A DNA stretch of 63,610 nucleotides, counting the filler, from Basidiobolus ranarum (taxonomy: Eukaryota): assembly GCA_040143965.1 (NCBI GenBank). It is 7 parts of 7 records of this genome, joined end to end, with 100 filler letters (N's around TTAATTAATTAA, not from the genome) between each part and the next. Parts side by side here need not be neighbours in the genome. Positions count along the whole stretch, not along the records: positions 1 to 9,016 come from JASJQH010007760.1; positions 9,117 to 18,130 come from JASJQH010007761.1; 5 more parts are not named here. One strand, 5' to 3'. The translations under genes were made by a program, and so were the position numbers. Numbering within the stretch: the stretch's first letter is position 1; each line of letters opens with the position of its first letter. Of this stretch, positions 1 to 11,467 are shown piece by piece. Under the pieces are notes generated by a model. That model did no database searches and had not been told where the DNA came from. It worked only from the letters and a program-made list of their open reading frames with translations.

Positions 1-525
1 TGTTGGTACTACGGTTTCGGTGACAGTTAGAATATCTGAGTCTGAGGGAATTTCAGTGGGTGTTACGGTCTCAGTAGCAGAGGCAGCATCAGTGGGCGTG
101 GCGAGATCTGTTGACACTGATGTTTCGGTAGCAGTAAGGGTGGCTGAGTCAATGGGAGAGTCAGTAGGTGCGACAGTTTCAGTAGATGTGACAGCATCTG
201 AAGGAGACTCAGTAGTTGCTATAGTTTCGGTGGAAGTCTCGGTGGAAGTTTCAGTGGCAGAAGATTCTGTAGGTGTAGGAGCTACAGTTTCGGTAGAAGT
301 GATAGTATCAGTGGTTGAAGGCTCGGTAGGTGCCTCAGTCTGAGTTACCGTTACATAGACTGTGGAATCTGCTGGCTCATCCGAATTAGTTACGGTAGGA
401 ATTTGGGCAGATTCAGTCGGTTCATCGGGTATAGTAATCACGCTAGTGTAAGTGACATCTTGAGCAACAATCTGTTGCGAATAATAAGCCAAAAGAGCCA
501 ATACAGTAGTGAATTGAAATTTCAT
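1..525 (-). CDS. Secreted Thr/Ser/Glu/Pro-rich (mucin-like or cell-wall) protein, 3' end runs off the window
   Basis: Minus strand from ATG 525 reads MKFQFTTVLALLAYYSQQIVAQDVTYTSVITIPDEPTES...TETVAPT... with no stop to position 1. Signal-peptide-like N-terminus, repeated TETV(A/T/V)PT units, TATATAAATA at 587-596 upstream. Missing from the ORF track. Confidence 0.85.
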   Translation of the reverse strand, partial: MKFQFTTVLALLAYYSQQIVAQDVTYTSVITIPDEPTESAQIPTVTNSDEPADSTVYVTVTQTEAPTEPSTTDTITSTETVAPTPTESSATETSTETSTETIATTESPSDAVTSTETVAPTDSPIDSATLTATETSVSTDLATPTDAASATETVTPTEIPSDSDILTVTETVVPT

Positions 526-2969
526 TTTTGGTTTGGATGTCGGAGATGCTTGGGTTTGTATGTTGATTGTAAGATACTTGAAGCAATATTTATATAGCGC
601 TGGAGAAGTGAGTCATATACTTTATCTCATATGTCTTCCGCATGACATAATATTCGCTTCTTTTTGGAGAAGAATATATATTCATCTAGAATTTTCTCAA
701 GAGATGCTCGACGCTATGATGATACTCTATGCGAAATGATGCTAGCAATATATGAATTGTTGACTGACTATCTCAGTAATCGAGATTCCGAGTACATCGC
801 CTACACATTGGTTAGTTCATATAGAAATAAGATGGTTAGCGTTATCATTTGATGACATCAAGGAAGTTATGTCAGCGAAGTTGTAATCTTTACGAGTTAG
901 CCAATGAACGATCATACTAAAAATAGTTGTTTTGGAGGCTAACATGACAACTCAATGGAATACTAACAGCAAAACAACTCGCTTGCTGGATTCGTGTCCT
1001 TTTTAGATTGTGCTGTGTATGCTGTATATTCGTTGAGTGAAGGAGACAGGGTAAGCACCGCCCGGAGTCATATTTGCGCAAGCATATGAATGGTAGTTAT
1101 TGTCTGCCTGGGATTGCCCATAACTACTAATTTGATAAAGATGTCCAATCAGCTGTGCGCATTGAATTCTCTCACCAACCTTGGGAATTGTAGTGATCAT
1201 AGTACTATTTTTCCAATAAGGACGATGAAGTGATGTGATTGTGCAACTTAGAAAGAAGCGAGCGATGATTTCAGGCAATCTCAATACGGGGACGCCAGGA
1301 TATGGATACCAATCAACTTGACGTGCGATCGGACTATGTTTGATAGCATATCACCAATGAGCATTTGACTGTTCAAACACGCTATTAGTCGTAAGGCATC
1401 GTTGAATTCATGCTCTTTCTTGCATATGTTTGACTGCTTTAGTTGCGGTTGCTTGACACTATGGCATCTACGGCAGTCAGAGATAGCTATCGATGTGATG
1501 AATTACTTCGGATCGCCGACTCTCTTATTACTTTAAGCAGCGCTTAGATCGCCGACTCTCAATACCAAGTTCAAATTTTGTGCCAGACTACTGAGCCATG
1601 TTGGCATCTCTAACCTGTAAGTAACGTCAACAATCACACCGATTCGTCATAGCCACCCAATTACTACTCAGAATGTGATTCATTATTTTTAATGGGGATT
1701 TCCCAAACCTGGAGCTATAATGGGAATTGGGATTATGATGGCAATGGCTGTCAGATACTCGACACATATATAGGCAATTCGAGCCTCGTTGCCAAGTGAC
1801 CCGTAAATTAATTCAACTTCCCCATCATATCGAGCCCGTGTTAAAAAAGTGCTGTATGCTACTACTATATAGACCTCCAACATTGCCGCGCCCATCGTTA
1901 CCAATAATATAGTTCTGAGCGAGTCAAATAAGGAAATTTAAGCGAGAATCTAGACTTCGCTCCATATGCCCTTCAGAAATTAGTCATGCATAGCCTACTC
2001 TAGAGCGCAACTGTCCATGCAACATAATGTTACAATACTCCTATTTTTAGGCTGTAACAGTATTAGTGCTCGCAAATCACTTTCGAATCATTTGAGGTGG
2101 CGGTGTATTGCTAAAGACACGAGTAACTTGGGTGTTTGTTTACAAACTAGATGTGGCAAGTCGAGTTTGTGTGCTTTACTTTGTGGGCGAGCTGATGGGG
2201 TTTAATACTGTGCATTCTTACAAAATAGCTCGATCGGTGTTGAGGGTACCAGTTTCTTATCCATAATTGATGCTATTACTACCAGTTACACTCATTTTCC
2301 TGTTTACAAACAACCATTGAGTTTAATATGTCAACTTTTGAGTCGAGGTATCTGAGGTGTCGTACTATTGCATGACTAGTCTAGTCTTTTCATATTTCCT
2401 CTGGTGAGTATGGAAATAGGTTGGGTGATCAGTCACTTCAATTTGTGAAAAGTTGCCGTAGGGTCTGACATCTATTATACGGATACTGCAGTAGAGACTC
2501 AATTGTACTGTTTGAAAGCATATGCCAAACGATGTTAGATTTGCAACGGATTTGACATCTTCGCATGGTTATGGTTTGTGGGAACTATTTAAGATTTACC
2601 GAGGCCAACCAATAGAGCCTGTTAAATCCTAGTTTATTGCGTGTAACTTAAAGAACGACTTTCCCTTATATCGGGAGATCATCTATTAATATGTTCAGTT
2701 GGTTCTTTTCCTCCCCAAAATCATTCTAATGAGAAATCTTTACGCGACACAAGAACAGCATGACTTTGAGGTAACCTATGTCGATGACTACTTTATATAA
2801 CTCCAAAATCCTTACGGTTTCCTTTTGATTGACTCTCGACGGTTGTTTCTTTGACACATTTGCCAATTGTCTCTCTAACCATTTGCCTGGCATTAGCCTG
2901 GGTTAACTTCATATCCTAGGCTCAACACTATCCAAGTCGCAAAAGGATCCCGTCAAAATATATGATAAC

Positions 2970-4058
2970 ATGGCGTGGAGCGAGAATGAAGTCATGGACA
3001 ATTTGAGCAAAATATCGAACATTCTGTCGTTAATAGGATGCACATTTGTTATTGTGAATTATCACTTGATATATCGACGCTTTCTTATCAATGCCTCCGA
3101 CTCTATCAGAGCCCATCACACCTCTCTGCTACTATTTTCCATAAATAATGTTTTTCTAAATGCCGGTGGGCTAATTTACTCTATGCTAGACTGGAGAGGG
3201 ATAAGAATAATATGTATCTTGCAGGGCTTACATATCACTTTCTTCAACGTCACGAACTGGCTTTGGGGAGTATGTATTTGCCTAAATGTGTAAGTTGTCT
3301 AGTTATATCGGTTTCTCTAATGAAAAAAAAGTTTGTTCTGATTCACCAATTATTTAGTTATTTGATACTACTTCCATCGAAAAGATTCATGTGCATCCGT
3401 CGCAATATTATCTTTAAATATACGCTTTTCGCTCTGGGAGTTCCAACAATGCTGATGATTCCGCTTGTGGTTCAGCTACGTGCTATTGAAAATGTGGGAC
3501 CATGGTAAGCAAGTTTCAACATAGACAATGCATGAGTAAACCATTAAATATTCTACTTTCAGGTGCTGGATCAGCATTCAATCGAGAGGTCTCCGAATGG
3601 GGGTGTTTTACGGCTGGTTGTTGTTTGCCTTTTTCCTATATTTGTTGTTGCTAGGTTTAATCTTACTACATCTTTGTAAGATAAGAAATTCCATAGCATA
3701 TTCTGAAAGAAAGCTCCGTCATCCATATGAGAAAATGGTTGGTCGCTATGTATTGTACGTAGTTACCTTCTTTTTGTGTTGGGGTCCAGGAGCGGTGATT
3801 CGAATTTCACAACTCTCTAACCCAACATTCTACCACTTTCCACTAATGGCCATTCATACATTTCTGAGTATTTCAATATCATTTTGGTTGAGTTTCGTCT
3901 GGGGGTTTACCACCAGTTTACCAGAAGTGTATCGGATACTTTGGAAGTATGGATGGAGCAATATCACTCCTGTTCAACAATTTGGTTCATTAAGCTCAGC
4001 CTTTACAGGTTTAAAAAGGTTGGATATCCCTGAAGCACAGGATCCGGCTCATGAGTGA
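2970..4058 (+). CDS. cAMP-receptor-like (CRL/Git3-type) 7-TM G-protein-coupled receptor, 3 exons
   Basis: GT-AG introns 3290-3357 and 3505-3562 join the ORFs in frame. About seven hydrophobic segments, the GPWCWI loop motif and YVVTFFLCWGPGAVIR in TM6 are typical of CRL-type GPCRs. Confidence 0.75.
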
Positions 4059-5101
4059 GTGATCGCATTCCATTTGTGATAAGACATCTTACCTGAATAC
4101 TTCCGAGTCAAATTGAAAGCAACGCGTATTTCCTTCAACAGCCTAACCCTGATTCACAATGAACAAAAGAATAGCGATTATTTACTTGAATTTTCAGCTA
4201 TAGTTATACATCCAGCACGACTCCCTGACATCCAAACCGAGGATTGATTTACATGTCTTGATTTCTGTGAAAAAATCTGGTGTTTGCCACGTAGCTCATA
4301 TCAAATCTGTACTTTTATCTTAATAAACCAAGTGTAACCCATATGTTATTGAGGTAACGCTGATTGTGCTTCAAGTTAGCCACAGTCATACAATCTCCAC
4401 TCTACTTGACACAATCTCAATATTGGGCTGGTGCCCAGTTCCTGCTGATAGGGAATTCATTCACTACTATCCACTAAGCTGCTACACGACTCCCCACTCT
4501 ATCCACGCAAATGGTCGCCATCACATGACCCTAGCAAGAGTTTAGTCAAAAGCTTCTACGTAAGACCACTGAGTAATTAGACTATTGGAGCACATCAGCA
4601 TATCACCGAAGTATGATACGTTTCGAATCATGAATGTGGATTGCTGATTGATTACACTTCATTACTGACACGACACACAGGCCCCATTGGAAGTTACGTT
4701 TAGGCCGGGTGATAGTATTCCATTATCATGCACTCATTCCGGTTAACCTCTGTAATAGCTTCGTGAAAATTCTTAGGAGCAGGTTGCCATTCATTCGTTG
4801 CACCATGTCCAATGAGAACAGGTTTTACTCACACTTACCACTATCCTTTGATCAACTTCCTAATCAGCCTTTCTATAACCAGCCTGATCCGTCCAACGAT
4901 GTTTAAATCAATTCAGTACTCTATTCTACAAGTTGCCCAATGCAGCCTCTAAGAAAGGTTAGTGGCTCACTGCAGGTGCAAGAAATCTTGATGTAATGCT
5001 TCAGCCGATAATCCAGAAAATGATATCATTTCTGAAATTGTTGGGTTTGACAAAGAGGTCCCAGCACTACCAACACAGTGGGAACCATTGTTGGGTCAAC
5101 G

Positions 5102-5108
5102 TATAAAA
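5102..5108 (+). promoter_or_regulatory. Putative TATA box for microprotein gene 1
   Basis: TATAAAA about 55 bp upstream of ATG 5161. Confidence 0.5.
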
Positions 5109-5160
5109 GATATATGATCGCCACCTGAACAATACATCCTCCATTATCATTACTACTATT

Positions 5161-5337
5161 ATGTCCAAAGCAATTCACCAAACCTCGGCTCAATCTACTT
5201 TGAACTATGATGCCCCAACAGTTCAACTTCGCCAACCAAACGCTCGAGTTCTTAAGATGCAGTACCATCAAGCGCTTTCCATTCGTTATCGCTATATCCT
5301 ACTCCAGTCGATGCTTGACCAACAACGCAACAGTTAA
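5161..5337 (+). CDS. 58-aa microprotein 1, paralog of 6058-6246, unknown function
   Basis: MSKAIHQTSAQSTLNYDAPTVQLRQPNARVLKMQYHQALSIRYRYILLQSMLDQQRNS*. The C-terminal block matches the downstream ORF. Upstream TATA and A at -3. Confidence 0.65.
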   Translation: MSKAIHQTSAQSTLNYDAPTVQLRQPNARVLKMQYHQALSIRYRYILLQSMLDQQRNS

Positions 5338-5987
5338 AGAGCAGTGGCACGAAATACTTCGTGGTATAGATGTCACCTTTGTACATTACAAATTCCTGTA
5401 TTTTTACTGATTCCTTTATCGTACTCAACTCTTCACAACGTTGACTATTGATTTGACTGGAAAAGCCCCCTGTAAATATCAATGAAATAAATTTACCTGC
5501 TTTGGTTTGCCCACATATCTTACAGTACTTCTTGCATTGTTCTATATTCGTTCCCACAAATGTCCAAGCGAAAATCATTCATTCGTATAGTGAATTGTTA
5601 CCACTAGTAGAATAAAGTAGTGATCTCCTTGGAGCAGGTCTGCTCGAAACAATGATGAAACCAGTGTCAGATTACACCCTTACTTAATCATCAATCTAAC
5701 TGAGTAGCGGTATGCTATTCGCCATTCTGTGACATTCATTAATGTCTAATTTAAACTGTATTTGTGGGGCTCGGTGTAAGAGTTGGCCTATTCACTAGAT
5801 GCAACGGCCAAGTGTGACAAATCTCTAGATCGTACTAATGTCACCTTCTGGATTAGGCTAGAGTGGACATTAAGGGGCATGGTTATGTCATGATGAGCTA
5901 AATGAGGTATATTTATGTCATACTACGGATCTAACGTGTAAGACAGTCTCACAGGACTCATCAAAGCATGGGACATGATACAAAAAA

Positions 5988-5995
5988 TATAAATA
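5988..5995 (+). promoter_or_regulatory. Putative TATA box for microprotein gene 2
   Basis: TATAAATA about 65 bp upstream of ATG 6058. Confidence 0.5.
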
Positions 5996-6057
5996 TCTAA
6001 ACAACTGCAGTTACTTAGCTCACCGAATATCAATATTCTTCTTTACAAGTCAACACT

Positions 6058-6246
6058 ATGCCACAAGTCACTCCACTTCCACAAATTACTTCGCTAGGCC
6101 ATAGCGACATGATCGATTCGTCATCATCTAAGCCAATCTTTCACAACCAGGAGCAAGTCAATGCTGAATTTCAATATCATCAGGCCTTAGCACTAAGATA
6201 TCGCTATATGTTACTAAGGTTCATGCTAGACCAGTGCTCTCAATGA
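6058..6246 (+). CDS. 62-aa microprotein 2, paralog of 5161-5337, unknown function
   Basis: Ends in QYHQALALRYRYMLLRFMLDQCSQ*, matching QYHQALSIRYRYILLQSMLDQQRNS* of microprotein 1. Confidence 0.65.
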   Translation: MPQVTPLPQITSLGHSDMIDSSSSKPIFHNQEQVNAEFQYHQALALRYRYMLLRFMLDQCSQ

Positions 6247-8299
6247 GATCACCCTTGGACCTGCAAGCGTCTCTTGGGCCAACGCGAGTACAAGCCAACT
6301 AGTTGTATTATATGTATTTGTAACATAAATATCCCGTGACCTATCAAACCATCAAAAAATTGTAGTACCACCTCATCTAGAGACTCGTAAATACCTTCAC
6401 CATCGCAAAATAAGTTGTAATAAAATCTTCAGTTGTATCTAGTAATTTTAGCCACCTTGATACTCAAAACCTGTTGCCTACTTATTACGCTGATGACAGT
6501 TCATTGTAGAAGTTCTACGACAATGACCCGAATCGAAATAAGATGGTACCAAGCGAAAAGTGAAATTCGCAAGCTGTTTCTTATTACACAAACACTCATC
6601 AGGCGTAATTTGGAAATTGATTGGCCTAATTAATACCAATTTACCTTTTCGGTTGATTAGAGACGATCTGGAGCGGACTTTATCCTGAAGAAACTCATCG
6701 GCCAGCCACCAATATAGTATATTCTTAATAGTTTATTCAATATATATGTGACTTGTCACCCCAAAGGTTAATGTAAATGACTTAGTTGAATGACATGATA
6801 GGTCATTGGTGATATCCAATGATATGCTCATAGCGAATTCACTCTTGATTGTTTTTAGTATGGGATGACTTCATTATCGATGATTTACCACTTGATTATT
6901 GGTTAATGGTTATGCTATAAGCTTATAGCGCAATGATTCGTAAGAAATTGATATTTTGCTTAAATGTTGTTTTGCAACTAACTTATCTAATTGGGAAACC
7001 CAACGTTGAATCTTGCCATCATTCTGAGACAGTGAATGCCGTATAAGTATTAATCTGAAGTAATATGATGTATGCCAGGTGCAACTATGACTGTACTTCC
7101 AGACTAAAGTTGGCGAACTGCGAACCTTACATACTGAGTCAGTATAAAACTTTAGCAGTATCAATTCAAACTAGTGATTTGAAAGTAAACAATCATGTCA
7201 TGGGGGTAAAATGATGTAAGGATAGTAAACACTTGTCTGCAAAAAAGTCCTCAGTATAATCGGTAAATCTAGTGACAATGAGTCCAAAGCCAGCAAATAT
7301 GGCGGGTATAGAGAGAATTTTTATATTGGATTATATTATACATATACATCATGTTTACTATAGTTTAAGTGAATTCCCTTTAATTTTCGTATTAATTTTT
7401 GCTACTGCTCACTCGATTTACGATTCACGTTTTAGTTGCCTTCAATTACGGCTAGAAGTTGAGATATCGATTCTTTCTTGCTGATGTTGGTGTTAGGGTT
7501 AAAATGCAGTGATACTACTTTGAAGTTGTTACGTACTTGAGTATTTCATAATATAAGGGTGGTGGTTCTAGGATCAACATTTGTCATCAAGTGGATGTTT
7601 CAAATCAACCTATATGAAGCCAAATCTGGAATATTATGATGACTACTGAATCTCATGAAATTGGTGAGTAAATGAACATTATTTGGAGGGTAACCAGAAT
7701 TCTATTGTTATTCAATACATCGGACGGTTGAATGAACAAGATCCAAATAAGAATCTAAAACATTGAACAATTTTAATATATTCCTAAACTAATATTCAAT
7801 GTTCTAAATTACTCCCCTTTCAATTTGTTGTGTTGCGGTACTTTCTCTGGTATGAAAGCTAAGTAAGATCCAGGTGAGTTGGTTGCATATTGGCATTGTG
7901 GAAAGTTTTATCTGGATCCATATGCGGGTATTGGCTACACCCAAATATGGTTGATTTTTGCTCCAAAATCAATATAATTAGGAATTAAACATACATGGCA
8001 AGGCTTTAAGTTATGAAAACTCCGATATTGCGGAGATCCTGGCGAGTATCTTACTAGTCCAGTTGAAGCTATCATAATATCACTAAGAGTAATCACAACC
8101 TATCAGTTAAAAGTTACCGATATAGGGGAAAAGTACTTTACACCAAATTCCATTCTATGGTGTTCCAGAGAAATGTGATAAATCTTAGGCTTTATTCACC
8201 TAAAGAAAGAACATAATGCAGAACTTTGTAAGTAGAGAATATGAATGAAGCAGACTTGAGCTGCAATGAGTCATGTGTTGAAATTAGAATTGCCTAAAC

Positions 8300-8630
8300 A
8301 TCTATATAGTCATACATAGCTTAGTACTTAGTTATCTTCTATTTCACTAAGATATTATCCATTATCCTCCATTGGAATATACTTGGAATATTCTTACCAA
8401 TTTAGAAGTTCTCAGATATATAGATTTTTCAAACCTGTGCTAGAAGCCCCAAAATTTGCACACATGTTTCTGGGACCTCCTTAACATATTCTACATGTTA
8501 GTTTGCTTACATCTTGACAAAAGAAAAATATAACCTTTCTACTCAATAAATCAATAAGTGAAAACCATCAATTTCTCTAATTTTCTAAGTCACTTCTAAC
8601 TGGCTCCCAAATACTTTTACAAAAGCAACA
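8300..8630. repeat. Copy of a dispersed non-coding repeat family, also found at about 62290-62590
   Basis: Colinear similarity, e.g. aacatattctacatgttag...cttgacaaaag...actcaataa...taagtgaaaaccatcaatt here versus aacatattctacacgttag...cttgacaaaag...actcaataa...taagtgaaaaccatcaatt on contig 7. Confidence 0.8.
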
Positions 8631-8638
8631 AAATAAAT

Positions 8639-9016
8639 ACTGATAATGGTGGAGAATATACTTCAACACTATTTAATCACTTTTGCAAAGTTCATAAAAT
8701 TAAGCAAGAAACTACCGGCCCCTACTCACCTCAACAAAATGGAGTTGCTGCTAGAGCTAACAGGACTATAACAGAAATGGCAAGATTAATGATAAGTACT
8801 CAAAATTTATCTCATAACTTTTGGCAGAATCTGTTGCTACAGATGTATATCTGAAGAATAGGAGTTTTACAAGAAGTCTGTCTAACTCTACACCATATCA
8901 AGCTAGGTTTGGAGTTAAACCTGATGTAAAGCATTTGAGGATCTTTGGATGCATTGCTTATGTCAAAATTATGACATGAAATTGGTCTGAATTTGATCCA
9001 AAAATTAAGAAATGTA
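8639..9016 (+). mobile_element. Ty1/Copia integrase remnant (degenerate)
   Basis: Translates TDNGGEYTSTLFNHFCKVHKIKQETTGPYSPQQNGVAARANRTITEMARLM, then after a frameshift AESVATDVYLKNRS and HLRIFGCIAYVKI. Confidence 0.9.
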
Positions 9017-9116
9017 NNNNNNNNNNNNNNNNNNNNNNNNNNNNNNNNNNNNNNNNNNNNTTAATTAATTAANNNNNNNNNNNNNNNNNNNNNNNNNNNN
9101 NNNNNNNNNNNNNNNN
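9017..9116. other. Artificial contig spacer (N44-TTAATTAATTAA-N44)
   Basis: Identical 100-bp linker with six-frame stops. It recurs at 18131-18230, 27241-27340, 36340-36439, 45436-45535 and 54525-54624. Confidence 0.98.
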
Positions 9117-9117
9117 C

Positions 9118-9606
9118 TCTTTCCTGTTTACCCCCTGTGGTTTATCATTGAATTGATTAATAGATAGCAACTATTATACTATCCAAGTCACTCCAGAGCA
9201 ATCTTGCTAGTATGCTAGCTTTGAGACCAACGTAATGCTATCCAAGGGTGAAGATCTATCAGACTCCAAAGCTTTGTCTCAGTTGATCAAGCAGGTAACT
9301 GATGTGTTCCAACCTGGTAAATTTACCATCACCGTGTTCAACTCTCAGTCGGAGACTCACTTTGAGAACATTCAACGCCATCACCCTGATTCAGTTCATA
9401 CCACTTCACATGTTTACACACCTTACCATCATGATCGCCGGGGTAATCAGAGCCGTCCACGCACCAAGATTGACCAGGAGTTGGAACATTCTCAACCAAA
9501 GAGTGTCACCATAAATGATGTCAAAGGTTATCGTAAAACTGATCGAATTCTCTATGAATTCGATGGATATAATCTGAATTTCGCACACTACGTTAAAAGA
9601 AAGTGA
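9118..9606 (+). CDS. SPE2: S-adenosylmethionine decarboxylase, 3' part, with two apparent stops near the contig edge
   Basis: SFLFTPCGLSLN*LIDSNYYTIQVTPEQSC*YASFETN matches the AdoMetDC motif FTPCG(Y/F)SxNG...YYTIHVTPE..xSYASFETN, followed by VFQPGKFTITVF and YEFDGYNLNFAHY. Confidence 0.85.
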
Positions 9607-10528
9607 CATTCTTAACTTGAATTATATTAACTCTATATTTACTTGTATGCTATATTAGTGCTATCCATTCGTCTTCTTACTTGCGTATTATTATCTTATC
9701 TTATCAATGATGTAACACTGAATAAAAATCTTCTGTTTAATTGGATTTAAGATATCTGATTAGAATCTTCTACCCTGCAGTATACTCCAATGTAAGTTCC
9801 GTAAACTAGATCAAGTTACTCCTTTCGTGAGTCATTTGGAAGTAACACTGAATGGGGAATTGTTTTATTTCCAATTATGGATTTAAGTGATTTAATGAAT
9901 GTTCGTCGTTGTTTCATGTTCACGCACCATGTTTTGCTGATTCGAGGTGACTAGTGTTGTGCTACAGTTGGATTTGTTGCAGGGATTTGGTAGATTTGAA
10001 AACATGTCACTGACATATGAACATGGAAATCATAGCTACAATAAGGATCTATTAAAGAGATGGAAATCATCCTCAAATTCATGACGCTAGCCATTGGTGA
10101 CTTACGTTGGAAGCATTCTATTCACCATGTTTCTCATGGTTATAAGATTCACATATTTAGTCAATAATCAATGGTACTTTTATATTTGGAAGTGAACCAT
10201 GATGATAATGGTAATATCTCATGAGGGTTGCTCTACTTCTGAGGCTTGAAGTTGGTCATTTTTTGCTATTCTCTATTAGCTCCAATGCTGTTAGGAGAGG
10301 TTCGTAATAGTATGGACTACACCACTGAAGTGGTTCAACAGTGAGAATTTGGAATGTACATCAAATAGCTAGTGGGGATTTATTTCAAAAGAGTTCACAC
10401 CAGTATACAGATATTGATGATGTTATCACATGTTGCTAGAGACTATTAAAGTAACAATATAACAACTAAGCTCAACGGAGGGATATGAAACCCAGGTAGT
10501 GCTTGACATTATACATATCAGAGTGTGT

Positions 10529-11467
10529 TCACATGGTGCAGTTATATATATTAAAATCTTTGAAATAGCTGAATTGATCCTTCGGGGTACTATACAATGG
10601 AGTTGATCCTCCAAAAAAAGTATGAAAGATCATACCAATGTTTTGGACAGCTTCTTCGGTCCGGTATACCAATTGGTGGTAGTCAATGACCAAGTTACCA
10701 TCAGCCCAAACCCTAAGAATACCATTCTCCTCCCCAACATCATTCATGTGAAGCGATTGTTTTAGTGTATGCCATTTTCCAGTAGTAAATTGAAATGATC
10801 CTCGAGCAAGTGAATCTCCGTAATTAGGGTTGCAGACACTTCTAGGGTAGATATGACAGTATTCAGGTGCCTGGCTCAAGGGCGCGTATATGTAAATCTC
10901 TCCTTCACCTTTAGTACGGAACATAAATCTTCAAAACAATAAAATAATGGTAATGGTAATGGTAATGGGAACAGGATTCAAAATCAGCGTATTTTCCTCT
11001 TACCTTGTAGTGAAGCATTTTCTTCTGTTATTATTATCAGGACAATCGGGACTGCCACCATAGATACCCGGTAATTTGCCACCTTTTACAAAATCAAATC
11101 CTTCAGGAAAGAATACTTTGTATTCAAGAGTCACTTCTTTTTCGAGCGCAATTGGTTTGGAATAAAATCCTAAACCCCCTTGTTCACCCGGTGAAGTTGG
11201 GGTTCGACTTCCCTTTGGATAAAAAACTCTTAGTACAGTTTCCTCACCATTCAACGGATCGGGGACAAATTTATAGTTGTTGCGACCAAATGAGATTTTC
11301 TCAATCTTAAATGACTCCAAAGAGGTAGCATCTTTACTGCTCCAGAACTCCATGGAAGAGCTAGAAGCGCATAGCGGGTTGGGAGTTAGATCTAGATCCT
11401 GCGCATCAATTAAAAGAGTAGAAAAGATCATAATCCAAAGGTAGAACAAACGCCTGATAGTACACAT
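10529..11467 (-). CDS. Secreted polysaccharide lyase family 14 (alginate/glucuronan lyase-like), copy 1, 2 exons
   Basis: Signal-like N-terminus and the motifs FPEGFDFVKGGKLPG, TTR|FMFR, GEIYIY and FHTFFGGS. Intron 10929-11003. Confidence 0.88.

Noticed and set aside
20-343. Plus-strand Val/Ser-rich 107-aa ORF
   Set aside because: Antisense shadow of the Thr-rich secreted gene on the minus strand.
1511-1560. 14-bp direct repeat GATCGCCGACTCTC, two copies with a 22-bp spacer
   Set aside because: Only two units, eukaryotic context and no cas genes. Not a CRISPR array, probably a small local duplication.
9061-9072. TTAATTAATTAA palindrome recurring every ~9.1 kb
   Set aside because: Synthetic six-frame stop linker inside N padding.
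10943-10967. (TAATGG)4 tandem repeat
   Set aside because: Short microsatellite inside a PL14 intron with no sign of function.
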